Source: Bacteroidales bacterium (lineage in GTDB: Bacteria; Bacteroidota; Bacteroidia; Bacteroidales; VadinHA17). Taken from it: a DNA stretch of 64,000 nucleotides. Position 1 is the stretch's first letter. Each line of letters opens with the position of its first letter. A program made the translations under genes and the position numbers. The DNA lies in contig JBNGDI010000002.1 of NCBI GenBank assembly GCA_049975425.1, positions 19,186-83,185 on the forward strand. The letters run 5' to 3'. This document shows, in pieces, positions 48,065 to 57,978 of the stretch. The notes beneath the pieces were generated by a model. It was given only the letters and a program-made list of their open reading frames with translations, searched no databases and was not told the origin of the DNA.

Positions 48065-49450
48065 ATGAACATATCACTACGTATTCTTTCCGTCACTTTG
48101 TTTCTGTTGTATGCCGGCACATACGCTCCGGCGCAGATTCCCCGGGAGCAGGAAGCCCATCTGACACGTATCCTGTTTATCCTTGATGCATCGCAGAGCA
48201 TGACAGGCGAATGGCAGGGCGACAGAAAAATCAACATTGCCAGGAATTTCCTGATCCGTACCGTTGACAGCCTTGAACAGCTGCCCCAGGTGGAGATTGC
48301 TCTCAGGGTTTACGGGCACCAGAGTCCGGTACCTCCACAGGACTGCAACGACACCCGCCTGGAAGTTCCTTTCAGAAAAGGCAATGCAGGAGAGATCCGG
48401 CAGAAGCTCCGTTTCCTGAATCCAAAGGGGACCACGCCCCTGGCCAGGTCGTTGCAGCTCAGTGCCTCTGATTTCCCTGCCTGTGAAAGCTGCAGAAACA
48501 TTGTTATCCTGATCACCGACGGCATCGAAGCCTGCGACGGCGATCCCTGTGAGGTTTCCCGGGAACTTCAACGAAAGGGGATCATTCTCAGGCCATTCAT
48601 AATCGGTATCGGACTGACCGATGATCTGAAGGAAAGCTTCAACTGTGTGGGAGAATACTTCAATGCGAACAATTCACAGCAGTTCCAGGAAGTGCTGGGT
48701 GTAGTGATCTCGCATGTCCTTGACCAGACATCAGCCCAGGTCAATCTTCTGGATATCAAAGGCATTCCATCGGAAACGGATGTTGGAATGACCTTTTATG
48801 ACCAGCTTTCGGGCAAGGTGATGTATAATTTCATTCATACCATCAACCACAGGGGTAACCCTGACACCCTGTATCTGGATCCACTGGTCACCTACAGGCT
48901 GGTAGTTCATACCCTGCCAAATGTAACGGTAGAAAACATTGTCCTTAACCGCGGAAAACATAACCTGATTGCAGCCGACGTGCCCCAGGGGAAACTTCAG
49001 GTTATCAGTGAAAGTCCCGGCCAATACCGTGACCTGCAATTTCTTGTCAGACAAGCCGGTAAAAGCGGTTCCCTGAACTGGCAAAAGATTAACCGGGAAG
49101 AAAAATATCTGGTGGGGAAATACGACCTCGAAATACCAGTGCTGCCAAAAATTGAACTGAAGAACGTAGAGATCAGGCCGCAGGAAACCACTACCATCAC
49201 CATTCCCAAACCCGGCCTTGCCACCCTGATCATTAACGGTACAGGTATCGGAAACCTGTTTGTGATTCGCAACCAGGAAATGGAATGGATTTATAATACC
49301 GAGCTGACCACAAGGACCGAATCGCTGGTACTGCAACCCGGAACTTACCGGTTCCTCTATCGTCCGCTCAATGCGCGGAAGAGTGTGTATACCTTCGACA
49401 AGATTTTTACCATCAAACCGGGAGGTTCGGAAACTATCAGGCTTTACTGA
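48065..49450 (+). CDS. exported von Willebrand factor A domain protein
   Basis: Signal peptide, MIDAS DASQS, GTTP, ITDG; beta-rich C-terminus. Confidence 0.88.
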   Translation: MNISLRILSVTLFLLYAGTYAPAQIPREQEAHLTRILFILDASQSMTGEWQGDRKINIARNFLIRTVDSLEQLPQVEIALRVYGHQSPVPPQDCNDTRLEVPFRKGNAGEIRQKLRFLNPKGTTPLARSLQLSASDFPACESCRNIVILITDGIEACDGDPCEVSRELQRKGIILRPFIIGIGLTDDLKESFNCVGEYFNANNSQQFQEVLGVVISHVLDQTSAQVNLLDIKGIPSETDVGMTFYDQLSGKVMYNFIHTINHRGNPDTLYLDPLVTYRLVVHTLPNVTVENIVLNRGKHNLIAADVPQGKLQVISESPGQYRDLQFLVRQAGKSGSLNWQKINREEKYLVGKYDLEIPVLPKIELKNVEIRPQETTTITIPKPGLATLIINGTGIGNLFVIRNQEMEWIYNTELTTRTESLVLQPGTYRFLYRPLNARKSVYTFDKIFTIKPGGSETIRLY

Positions 49451-49460
49451 GCCCGCCCGA

Positions 49461-49489
49461 TTAAACCTTTTTGGCCGGAGGTTATCCAA
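49461..49489 (+). promoter_or_regulatory. candidate ECF-sigma promoter upstream of the sigma gene
   Basis: TTAAAC-N17-ATCCAA; first 11 nt identical to the motif at 50071. Confidence 0.4.
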
Positions 49490-49525
49490 TAATCGTATCA
49501 TCAAAATCCTCAGGACCGGAGAATA

Positions 49526-50074
49526 ATGGAAATCAGTGACAGCGAACTGCTGGATCTTCTGCAGGAGAAACGGGGAGATCCCCATTATGCCTTCCGGATT
49601 CTGGTAAAGAAGTATCATCAGAAAATCTACTGGCATATCAGGCAAATAGTGATTGACCACGAGGATGCAGACGATGTGACACAAAACACGTTTATAAAAG
49701 CATGGGAAAATCTACCCGGATTCAGGGGTGAGTCGAGCTTATACACATGGTTGTACCGGATTGCCACTAACGAAGCCCTGGGGTTTCTGAAAAGGAAAAA
49801 CAAAAGGCACCTGTTTTCCATCGATCAACATGAACAGCTTCTGGTCGGACAGATTGAAAACGATCCACTTTTTGACGGAGACGAAATACAAAAACTGCTT
49901 CAACAGGCCATACTTTCGCTTCCCGCAAAGCAACGCCTGGTGTTTCAAATGAAATATATGCAGGAAATGAAATACGAAGATATATCACAAATTCTGAATA
50001 CCTCGGTGGGAGCATTAAAGGCATCTTACCATCATGCAGTGAAAAAGATCGAACAGTACATGGAGAAATTTTAA
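49526..50074 (+). CDS. ECF RNA polymerase sigma factor
   Basis: DADDVTQNTF, TWLYRIATN (region 2), LP.KQR.VF, YE.I..IL...VG..K (region 4). Confidence 0.95.
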   Translation: MEISDSELLDLLQEKRGDPHYAFRILVKKYHQKIYWHIRQIVIDHEDADDVTQNTFIKAWENLPGFRGESSLYTWLYRIATNEALGFLKRKNKRHLFSIDQHEQLLVGQIENDPLFDGDEIQKLLQQAILSLPAKQRLVFQMKYMQEMKYEDISQILNTSVGALKASYHHAVKKIEQYMEKF

Positions 50075-50099
50075 ACCTTTTCCCGGCAAATCAGTCAAA
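50071..50099 (+). promoter_or_regulatory. candidate ECF-sigma promoter upstream of the anti-sigma
   Basis: TTAAAC-N17-GTCAAA, AAC/GTC ECF architecture, overlaps the sigma stop codon. Confidence 0.5.
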
Positions 50100-50106
50100 G
50101 CAACAA

Positions 50107-50550
50107 ATGGATAACAAAAATAACACCCGCAGAAAGCTCACAGATATTCCGAAAGCAAACCCCTTTCGGGTACCGGAAGGATATTTTGACGAGCTTCAGG
50201 ACAAGATTGACAAAGCAGTGGCCTTCCGGCAGGTAACTCCTTACGGGAAACGCGGCTTTTCAGGTCTTCTCCGCCCACAGCTCGCCCTTGCCGCCGGTTT
50301 TGCGGGGCTGGTGCTGCTGGGATTTTTTACCGTCAAGCTCATTTTGAAGCCGGAAAGCGAAACAGCAAAGAACGGTCTGGCCGAATACATTGAATTCTAT
50401 ATGGACGATTTCGATGAATCACAAATTATTGATGCCCTGGGAAATCTGGACCCGGGAATGCCCGAGCCGGCTTACACGGATGATGAAATCATTTATTACC
50501 TGGTCACCGAAGACATTGATGAAACAACCATAATGGAAGAACTGCAATAA
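50107..50550 (+). CDS. single-pass membrane protein, probable anti-sigma factor
   Basis: NPFRVPEGYFD motif, one TM, directly after the ECF sigma. Confidence 0.75.
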   Translation: MDNKNNTRRKLTDIPKANPFRVPEGYFDELQDKIDKAVAFRQVTPYGKRGFSGLLRPQLALAAGFAGLVLLGFFTVKLILKPESETAKNGLAEYIEFYMDDFDESQIIDALGNLDPGMPEPAYTDDEIIYYLVTEDIDETTIMEELQ

Positions 50551-50561
50551 TATCTACCGCC

Positions 50562-51047
50562 ATGAAAAAACATCATATTGCAGCACTGATAATGCTCACA
50601 CTCGCAGGAATTCTGCAGGCCGGAGCACAGCAGCCGGATGAATTTCCGGACATGGACCGTATGGACCGGTTAAATGCCCAGAAAATTGCGTTTTTTACCA
50701 ACCGGTTGCAACTGACACCCGAAGAATCAGAGAAATTCTGGCCTGTATACAACGAATATCAGAAAAAGCGCACTGATATTCAGGAACAGCGTCGTCAGTT
50801 GCAGGTGAGGTATAACCGCGAACAGTCGAAACTGAACGATGCAGAAATTCTTCAGATGACCGATCAGTTCATCGAACTGCAGGTGGAAGAAACCGAACTG
50901 GCCCGTGAATACCATGAAAAATTCAAACAGGTGCTTCCCATTCGCAAGGTATTACGCCTGTATCATACTGAAATACAGTACAAAACATTCCTGTTACGGC
51001 AATTACGTGAAAGGGCGGCCAATATCAGGCAAGGTCCGAGAAGATAA
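50562..51047 (+). CDS. periplasmic Spy/CpxP-like helical protein (ECF-associated)
   Basis: Signal peptide, KIAF.T..LQLTPEE..KFWPVYN.Y. Confidence 0.75.
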   Translation: MKKHHIAALIMLTLAGILQAGAQQPDEFPDMDRMDRLNAQKIAFFTNRLQLTPEESEKFWPVYNEYQKKRTDIQEQRRQLQVRYNREQSKLNDAEILQMTDQFIELQVEETELAREYHEKFKQVLPIRKVLRLYHTEIQYKTFLLRQLRERAANIRQGPRR

Positions 51048-51064
51048 AATAAAATTTCTTCAGA

Positions 51065-52576
51065 CTATTCATCGGGAAGGGACATCTTCACGTTACGCAG
51101 AAACTCCACCGACCGGAAGATATCCTGATACATTGTTTTGTCATTCTCAACGAAGTGTACCTGCCTGCGGTATTCAGCCACAAAATTCTCTAGCCAGGGA
51201 GATGTTTTCAGGGGCCTTCTGAAATCAAGCGCCTGGGCTGCATTGTACAATTCAATAGCAAGGATCCTTTCCAGGTTTTCCATAATCTGATAGGCTTTCA
51301 GGGCGGCGGTGGCTCCCATACTAACGTGATCTTCCTGCCCCTGGGAAGTTTCGATGGAATCGACTGAGGCAGGAGTTGACAGCTGTTTGTTATAGCTTAC
51401 CATGGCGGCCGCTGTGTATTGAGGAATCATGAACCCGGAATTCAACCCCGGATTGGCAACCAGAAAAGGAGGCAACCCCCTTTTCCCTGAAAGCAATTGA
51501 TAAATTCTCCTTTCAGAGATATTTCCCAGCTCGGCCATGGCGATACACAGGTTATCCAGGGCCAGAGCCAGGGGTTGCCCGTGAAAGTTGCCCGCTGAAA
51601 TGATCATATCCTCTTCGGGGAAAATGGTAGGGTTATCAGTCACTGAATTGATCTCATTCCTGAATACGCCGGCCACATAAAGTATGGAATCTTTCGAGGC
51701 TCCGTGCACCTGGGGGATGCAACGGAATGAATAGGGATCCTGCACGGCTTTCCCTTCCCGGGCGATCAGTTCACTACCCTCAAGCAGCCATCTGATCCGG
51801 CGGGCAGTCTCGATCTGACCGCTGTGAGGCCTGATTTTCTGTACCAGGTGATGAAAAGGTTCGATACGCCCATCGTATACATCGAGGGACAGCGCCCCGA
51901 TCACATCGGCCAGCAAGCTCAGCCTCGATACGTTCAGGGTAAGGTAAACCCCGTAAGCGCTCATAAACTGGGTTCCGTTCAGCAGGGCAAGGCCTTCCTT
52001 TGACTGAAGTTCTACAGGCTGCCATCCCATTTTTTTCAATACTTCCCGGCTGCTCACCTTCCGGCCTTCCGCATATACCTCCCCCAGACCGATCAGTGGA
52101 AGGCTCAAATGAGCCAGTGGCGCGAGATCGCCGGATGCCCCCAGTGATCCGTACTGGTAAACCACGGGAATGATATCATGGTTGAAAAAATCGATCAGGC
52201 GCTGAACAGTGGCTATCTGCACTCCTGAATTTCCGTAAGCCAACGACTGTATTTTAAGAAACAGCATGAGGCGCACCAGTTCAGAAGGCACTTCCGGCCC
52301 GGCGCCACAGGCATGAGATTTCACCAGGTTTTCCTGCAGGGTTCCCAGTTCTGCCCTGGAAATACTCCGGTCACATAAAGACCCGAAACCGGTTGTAATC
52401 CCATAAAGAGGCTCCGATGAGCGTTCAATCCGTTGATCCAGGTATTTCCTGCACCGGTTGATTCTTTTCCGGCATTCATCGGATAATTCCAGTTTTGTGG
52501 CAGGATTCAGAATGGTCTGTATGGTATCGAACCCGATTTCACCGGGGGATATGACATGGACCGAAGGTTTTTTCAT
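51065..52576 (-). CDS. hutH: histidine ammonia-lyase
   Basis: YGITTGFG, GSLGASGDLAPL (MIO), QDPYSFRC, GNFHG, QEDHVSM. Confidence 0.95.
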   Translation of the reverse strand: MKKPSVHVISPGEIGFDTIQTILNPATKLELSDECRKRINRCRKYLDQRIERSSEPLYGITTGFGSLCDRSISRAELGTLQENLVKSHACGAGPEVPSELVRLMLFLKIQSLAYGNSGVQIATVQRLIDFFNHDIIPVVYQYGSLGASGDLAPLAHLSLPLIGLGEVYAEGRKVSSREVLKKMGWQPVELQSKEGLALLNGTQFMSAYGVYLTLNVSRLSLLADVIGALSLDVYDGRIEPFHHLVQKIRPHSGQIETARRIRWLLEGSELIAREGKAVQDPYSFRCIPQVHGASKDSILYVAGVFRNEINSVTDNPTIFPEEDMIISAGNFHGQPLALALDNLCIAMAELGNISERRIYQLLSGKRGLPPFLVANPGLNSGFMIPQYTAAAMVSYNKQLSTPASVDSIETSQGQEDHVSMGATAALKAYQIMENLERILAIELYNAAQALDFRRPLKTSPWLENFVAEYRRQVHFVENDKTMYQDIFRSVEFLRNVKMSLPDE

Positions 52577-52606
52577 GATACAAGACAGATTAGGCAAACA
52601 AAAAAA

Positions 52607-52614
52607 CAAAGCTA
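52607..52614 (-). promoter_or_regulatory. sigma-A -7 box for hutH
   Basis: TAGCTTTG on the minus strand. Confidence 0.55.
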
Positions 52615-52646
52615 ACAGGTTTGCCCGGATAACCATATGTCGTATA

Positions 52647-54014
52647 TCATCTTCTGAGTTCGGAAATCAATGCAGTAAGCGATAGTTTGCTCTGATCACC
52701 TGTAGCCATATTTTTCAGGGTCACCGACCCCACTTTCATCTCTTCCTCTCCCACCAGGGCAACAAACGGGATTCCCCTGTTATGGGCATATGTCATCTGT
52801 TTCTTAATTTTCGCAGCATCGGGATACAATTCTGCCTGAATGCCTGTCCGTCGGATTGTTTTCAGCAGGTTCAGACAATAGGCTGCTTCTCTTGCACCAA
52901 AATTGATGAACAACAAACGGGTAGAATGAACCGCCTCATCGGGAAACAGGCTGAAATGTTCCATCACATCGTAAATGCGATCGGCGCCGAAAGAAATCCC
53001 CACACCCGACATGCCTTCCATTCCAAACACTCCTGTAAGGTTGTCGTAGCGGCCACCCCCGCACAAACTGCCCATTTCCATGTTGTCGGCCACCACCTCA
53101 ATAATGGCACCGGTATAATAATCCAGGCCGCGTGCCAGGGTTATATCCACTTCCAGCCGGGAAACAATATCCAGGGGCTTCAGAAAATCCAATACTTGCT
53201 CTGTTTCCTTTATCCCCTGCACACCCGTTTCCGAAGCTGCAAGAAATTCCTTCATTGTCTTCAGCTTCATGGCAGAGGATCCTTTCAAATCCCACACCGG
53301 TTTCAACTTTTCCACTGAAGCAGCAGGAATTCCTTTTGACAGCAATTCCTGTTTCACTTTTTCTACGCCTATTTTCTGCAACTTGTCAAGCCCCACCGTA
53401 ATATCGGTCAGTCTTTCCGATTGTCCTATCACTTCGGCCAAACCGGCCAGGATCTTCCGGTTGTTCAGTTTTACCGTAACGGAAATTCCCAGACAGGTAA
53501 AAACCTCATCAATAATCTGGATCATTTCCACCTCATTCAGCAGGGAATCGCTTCCCACCACATCCACATCACACTGGTAGAACTCACGGTAACGGCCACG
53601 CTGGGGTTTGTCGGCCCTCCATACGGGCTGTATCTGATACCTTCTGAACGGAAAAGGGATTTCACTCCTGTGCTGCACCACGAAGCGGGCAAAAGGCACG
53701 GTCAGGTCATATCTTAATCCCCGGTCGCATATTTTCATGGAAATGGAAGCCGGGTCCGGATCCTCCCAATCAGCCTCATCCAGTGCCTTCAGAAAATCGC
53801 CTGAATTCAGTATTTTGTAAAGCAGCCGGTCGCCTTCCTCTCCGTATTTACCCAGCAGGGTATGCAGGTTTTCCATAGCCGGGGTTTCAATGGGAAGAAA
53901 ACCGTACCGCTTAAAAATTTCAGTAATGGTATGGAAAATATAATTCCGCCTGATCATCTGATCAGGAGTGAAATCACGCGTTCCTTTCGGAACAGATGCC
54001 TTTTCCTTGCTCAT
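52647..54014 (-). CDS. hisS: histidine--tRNA ligase
   Basis: PKGTRD, LRYDLT, GRYREFYQCD, RGLDYY, GGGRYD. Confidence 0.97.
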   Translation of the reverse strand: MSKEKASVPKGTRDFTPDQMIRRNYIFHTITEIFKRYGFLPIETPAMENLHTLLGKYGEEGDRLLYKILNSGDFLKALDEADWEDPDPASISMKICDRGLRYDLTVPFARFVVQHRSEIPFPFRRYQIQPVWRADKPQRGRYREFYQCDVDVVGSDSLLNEVEMIQIIDEVFTCLGISVTVKLNNRKILAGLAEVIGQSERLTDITVGLDKLQKIGVEKVKQELLSKGIPAASVEKLKPVWDLKGSSAMKLKTMKEFLAASETGVQGIKETEQVLDFLKPLDIVSRLEVDITLARGLDYYTGAIIEVVADNMEMGSLCGGGRYDNLTGVFGMEGMSGVGISFGADRIYDVMEHFSLFPDEAVHSTRLLFINFGAREAAYCLNLLKTIRRTGIQAELYPDAAKIKKQMTYAHNRGIPFVALVGEEEMKVGSVTLKNMATGDQSKLSLTALISELRR

Positions 54015-54031
54015 ACCTTCTGATTTGGGCA

Positions 54032-54039
54032 CAAAGATA
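54032..54039 (-). promoter_or_regulatory. sigma-A -7 box for hisS
   Basis: TATCTTTG on the minus strand. Confidence 0.6.
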
Positions 54040-54064
54040 AGAGAAATTCCGCCAGGCTGAAATC

Positions 54065-54421
54065 CTACTGTATAAACCGGATGCTGAGGGGATATTCAAA
54101 ATACTCTCCGCTATTGGCCCTGACCGAGGCAATGATCACCAAAATCAGATTCAATACTCCCAGGGCAATCAGTATGAATATACCGATCAACAGGATAATC
54201 AACATAGCCGCAAGAATAAGATAGAGAGTCATGGATATCTGAAAATTCACGGCGGCTTTTCCATGAAAATCAACAAAAGATGATTCTTCCCTCTTCAGCA
54301 CCCAAACGATCAGAGGGCCAATAATATTCCCGAAAGGAATAATATAACCCGCCAGCGCTGCCAGGTGGCAGAACATGGCCCAGTTTCTTTCCTCGTTAGT
54401 TCGGGGATCAATTACTTCCAT
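54065..54421 (-). CDS. DUF4870 / Tic20-like membrane protein
   Basis: WAMFCHL, GPLIVW, HGK.AVNFQ, YP...RF. Confidence 0.88.
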   Translation of the reverse strand: MEVIDPRTNEERNWAMFCHLAALAGYIIPFGNIIGPLIVWVLKREESSFVDFHGKAAVNFQISMTLYLILAAMLIILLIGIFILIALGVLNLILVIIASVRANSGEYFEYPLSIRFIQ

Positions 54422-54449
54422 AGCAACCGGATTTTAATTCATTTGTACA

Positions 54450-55304
54450 TCAGTATCGACCGATCCGCCGGAAGTCGCTCTTCAGAAATCCGTCGGAATT
54501 TCTTCTGTTAATGGTGTGGTAATTGAAATAGTATACCCTCGCATCATCGCAACCGATCAGCACTTTATAGGTACGTCCTGTATTGCTCGTATTTTCTGGC
54601 CCAACCTTGTGAAGAATCACGGTATGAGGTCGTTTTTCTGCAATGGCTGCTTCAATTTCATCCCTGGCGACTATCCGGAAAGTGTGATCAATCAGTTCCC
54701 GTATTTCCTCTTCTGTGTTGACATCTTCAGCCAGATCATCCGCTTCCAGAAGCAGGGTTTTGTCCACCAGTTCGGAAGTGTTTTTATTATAATAGGTAAG
54801 AAACTGCAAAGCGGTAACGGAAGGGTCTTTCAAGATCATTTCAGCATGCTGTTGCATAAACCGGATGACCAACTCCAGCTTGTACACATACTCTTCCTCA
54901 TCGGCTTCTGAATATGAAAGGGGAAAAGAACAGAGTTCGGGCATTTCTTCGATTTCCCTGACATCTTTCCCCAGAAGGAAATTCAGGAAGTTGTAATATA
55001 CATGCCCTTTATCCTGTTCAAAACTGGTTCCGGTAAGGACCAGAAATCCGTAATCGGGATCTTTCCGCAGATTTTCGAATTCCGCAGTTGAAATAAATTC
55101 AAAGGGGGTCAGCTTCCAGTGCTTCTCCATCGCATCTTTCACGTAAATATTGTATGAGGAAAACATATCGTTTTCCAGCACCACCATGGTTGTGATTTGC
55201 GGGATCCTGCCGGCTTCTTCGGGCGTGGGAAATGGTGCCTGTGAAAAAGAGATACCAAAACAGAGCAGCAAGAACGGGAAAAACAGATAATACAATTTAT
55301 TCAT
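54450..55304 (-). CDS. exported hypothetical protein
   Basis: Signal peptide, long ORF in operon context. Confidence 0.7.
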   Translation of the reverse strand: MNKLYYLFFPFLLLCFGISFSQAPFPTPEEAGRIPQITTMVVLENDMFSSYNIYVKDAMEKHWKLTPFEFISTAEFENLRKDPDYGFLVLTGTSFEQDKGHVYYNFLNFLLGKDVREIEEMPELCSFPLSYSEADEEEYVYKLELVIRFMQQHAEMILKDPSVTALQFLTYYNKNTSELVDKTLLLEADDLAEDVNTEEEIRELIDHTFRIVARDEIEAAIAEKRPHTVILHKVGPENTSNTGRTYKVLIGCDDARVYYFNYHTINRRNSDGFLKSDFRRIGRY

Positions 55305-55352
55305 AACAAATTGGTTAAAGGATTCATAAAAAAGTACCAGGTCTTCTGTTGG

Positions 55353-56051
55353 TTAATCTACCGCCGGCAGATAAATGGGATTTCTTTCATTAAAACGCCG
55401 GATGAAAAGAAATTTCTGTTGTTTTTTTTTCCTGCGCCGGAGAGTGGCATATTCATCATGCAGCTCCGGATCCTTCATCAATAACACTTCCAGATTGGTC
55501 ACGTCGTAATCAACCACCTCACCGGTTTCAAAATCCAGCAGGAACTGCCTTACTTCCGTTTTCGTATAAGTGTTCGGCCTGCGGTTATAGTAATAATAAT
55601 CATAAAAGGCGTAGCGATTGTAATACGGATCATAGTACTGTCCGTCATATGAAATGATGGATGCCAGAAAATGGCAGATTGAACCGATCACCGTAATGCG
55701 ATGAAACCCTCCACCGATACCGATATATAACACTCCGTTTTTTGAGTAACCCCATATATCCTCTGTTTCCACTTCTTTCCGCATGCCGAAATCATCAAAA
55801 TACTGAATGGTCTCCTCCGCGAGTAACTTCTGGAAAAAATCCCTGTCGGAATAATCCACTGATGTCAGAATCCTCGATTTGGGAAGGGGATTGTTGTTCC
55901 TTACCTGTTCAAAATTCAGAAAAATACCTTCCCGGAACTGATAATCGGGAGTGTATTTAACCATCTTATAGACACTGTCACTCTCCTGTGCCTCACATAT
56001 TGCGACGCTCACCAGCATTGCCGCAATGCAGTGAACCATAAACTTCCTCAT
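55353..56051 (-). CDS. exported hypothetical protein with Tyr-rich segment
   Basis: Signal peptide, long ORF in operon context. Confidence 0.7.
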   Translation of the reverse strand: MRKFMVHCIAAMLVSVAICEAQESDSVYKMVKYTPDYQFREGIFLNFEQVRNNNPLPKSRILTSVDYSDRDFFQKLLAEETIQYFDDFGMRKEVETEDIWGYSKNGVLYIGIGGGFHRITVIGSICHFLASIISYDGQYYDPYYNRYAFYDYYYYNRRPNTYTKTEVRQFLLDFETGEVVDYDVTNLEVLLMKDPELHDEYATLRRRKKKQQKFLFIRRFNERNPIYLPAVD

Positions 56052-56245
56052 AGCTAATTCCCTCCTCTTTAATCACGAAAATATAACAATTTTCACAAAG
56101 ATTCTCAATATTTTCTTGACCACAGGTTCATACGGCGAAATCTCCGGAACATTCCCAATACAGACCGATTAAATAATGAGCTTTCTCTTTCAATTTTTTT
56201 GAATATCTTTATATTTTTCGGTTATCGGGAAGAACCTGCAAAAGG

Positions 56246-57973
56246 ATGAAAAATCTTCGACCAAGGATAAACGATTATCTGTACAGGAAAATGGCTGAGG
56301 CGCAGGTGGGTCATTCCAGGCGTTCCGCCGGTCAGTTGATCCTGATCCTTCTCAGCATCTGCATTCTCATTCTGCTGGGAGTCTATTCCATCTATTCTTA
56401 CATAAAGGGTTACTACCTGAACGCAGCAGTGGATCTGGCAGGTTTTATACTGATGGGTGGCAACCTGCTGCTGACCCGCACACACCCTTCTTACCGGTAT
56501 GGGAGAGTGGTTTTCAGCGCTATCTTAATGGCGCTGGGTATTTTCCTGTTTGTTCAGGGAGGAATTCATCATCTGGGATATCTCTGGTCGCTGCTTGTCC
56601 CCGCCATGCTCCTCCTGCTTCTGGGCACAGGAACAGGAACCGTTCTTACTTTCGCATATCTTGGATTGCTGATCGTTGCCATGTTGCTGCCGTCAGACTT
56701 TGTCCTTTCATCCACCTATCCGTCCAGTATAGAATTCCGCTTTGTGATAATATACCTCTGCCTGCTGATCATCACTTATGCATACGAATATCTTAATTTA
56801 CTGTCTGTCAGCAAGCTGGAAGAATCCATGGAGGAAGTAAAAAAATCAAAGCGGAACAGGGATGAATTCATCTCCAAACTTTCTCATCAGATCAGGACCC
56901 CCCTGAATAATATTGTGGTGCTGGGAAATATTCTTTCTGAATCGAATCTGGGAGAGAAACAGAAAGAGCTGCTTGACACCCTGATTGCCAGCACCAACAA
57001 CCTGGTTGATATTGTCAACAACATTGCCAAGGTTTCGAGCATTGAGATTACGGAACCTGGTAAGCAGGATGCGGTGTTTGACCTGCAGAAAAGCCTGGAA
57101 AACACCGTGGAATTTTTTACCGGCCGCGATCCTCATAAGGTCAGGATCCATATTAAGGTTTCTCCGGAACTACCCTCCCGGCTGAAGGGAAATGCCATTC
57201 GCCTGCGGCAGATCATTCTGAACCTTATCGAGAATATGATCCAGGGGTGGGGCGACGGAGAACTACAGTCTTCAATACAGGCCATTCCGGGAAACAGTGA
57301 CCAGAGCCGGCTCACTGTAAATTTTGAAGTAACAGCGGGAAAAAGACTGAACCTTTCTCTGTATTCACTGCCTGTGGAGGATACTAACTCCAGAATGATT
57401 GACCTGGGAGTGGCCAGAAGACTGGTTGAGTCAGGAAACGGAAAAATTGACGTAGAGACCGGGAAGGATCAAACCCATATACGGTTCAGCCTGCCTTTTC
57501 AGAAGGTTGTTCAGGAAAAAGTGTCCGGAGCAGAGCGCGAAAAAGTATCACACCTTTACCTGGTGAAGCACCCCGGCCAGACCAAAACCGAACTCAAAGA
57601 CGCCAATGTGCTGCTGGTGGAAGACAACCTGATCAATCAAAAAATTGTTCAGCTCAGCCTGCAAAAAGTTGTACGTAACATCGATGTTGCCAATAACGGA
57701 AAAGAAGCCCTTGATAAGTTCGGGACCTCGAAATACGATATCATTCTCATGGACATCCAGATGCCTGTGATGGACGGCCTGATCGCCACACAGAAAATCA
57801 GAGAACTGGAATCAAGTACCCATTCGCATGTTCCCATCATTGCCATAACGGCTAATGCTCTGCTGGGCGACAAGGAAACCTGCCTTACTTCGGGCATGGA
57901 TGAATACATCAGCAAACCCTTCCAGATGGAAGAGCTGATTGAAAAGATCGAAAACCTGCTTTCGGGCAATTAG
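56246..57973 (+). CDS. membrane hybrid sensor: TM bundle + HisKA + degenerate HATPase + receiver domain
   Basis: SHQIRTPLN, RLRQIILNL, intact REC (VEDN, MDIQMP, TAN, SKP); no DxGxG. Confidence 0.85.
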   Translation: MKNLRPRINDYLYRKMAEAQVGHSRRSAGQLILILLSICILILLGVYSIYSYIKGYYLNAAVDLAGFILMGGNLLLTRTHPSYRYGRVVFSAILMALGIFLFVQGGIHHLGYLWSLLVPAMLLLLLGTGTGTVLTFAYLGLLIVAMLLPSDFVLSSTYPSSIEFRFVIIYLCLLIITYAYEYLNLLSVSKLEESMEEVKKSKRNRDEFISKLSHQIRTPLNNIVVLGNILSESNLGEKQKELLDTLIASTNNLVDIVNNIAKVSSIEITEPGKQDAVFDLQKSLENTVEFFTGRDPHKVRIHIKVSPELPSRLKGNAIRLRQIILNLIENMIQGWGDGELQSSIQAIPGNSDQSRLTVNFEVTAGKRLNLSLYSLPVEDTNSRMIDLGVARRLVESGNGKIDVETGKDQTHIRFSLPFQKVVQEKVSGAEREKVSHLYLVKHPGQTKTELKDANVLLVEDNLINQKIVQLSLQKVVRNIDVANNGKEALDKFGTSKYDIILMDIQMPVMDGLIATQKIRELESSTHSHVPIIAITANALLGDKETCLTSGMDEYISKPFQMEELIEKIENLLSGN

Positions 57974-57978
57974 CGTGA

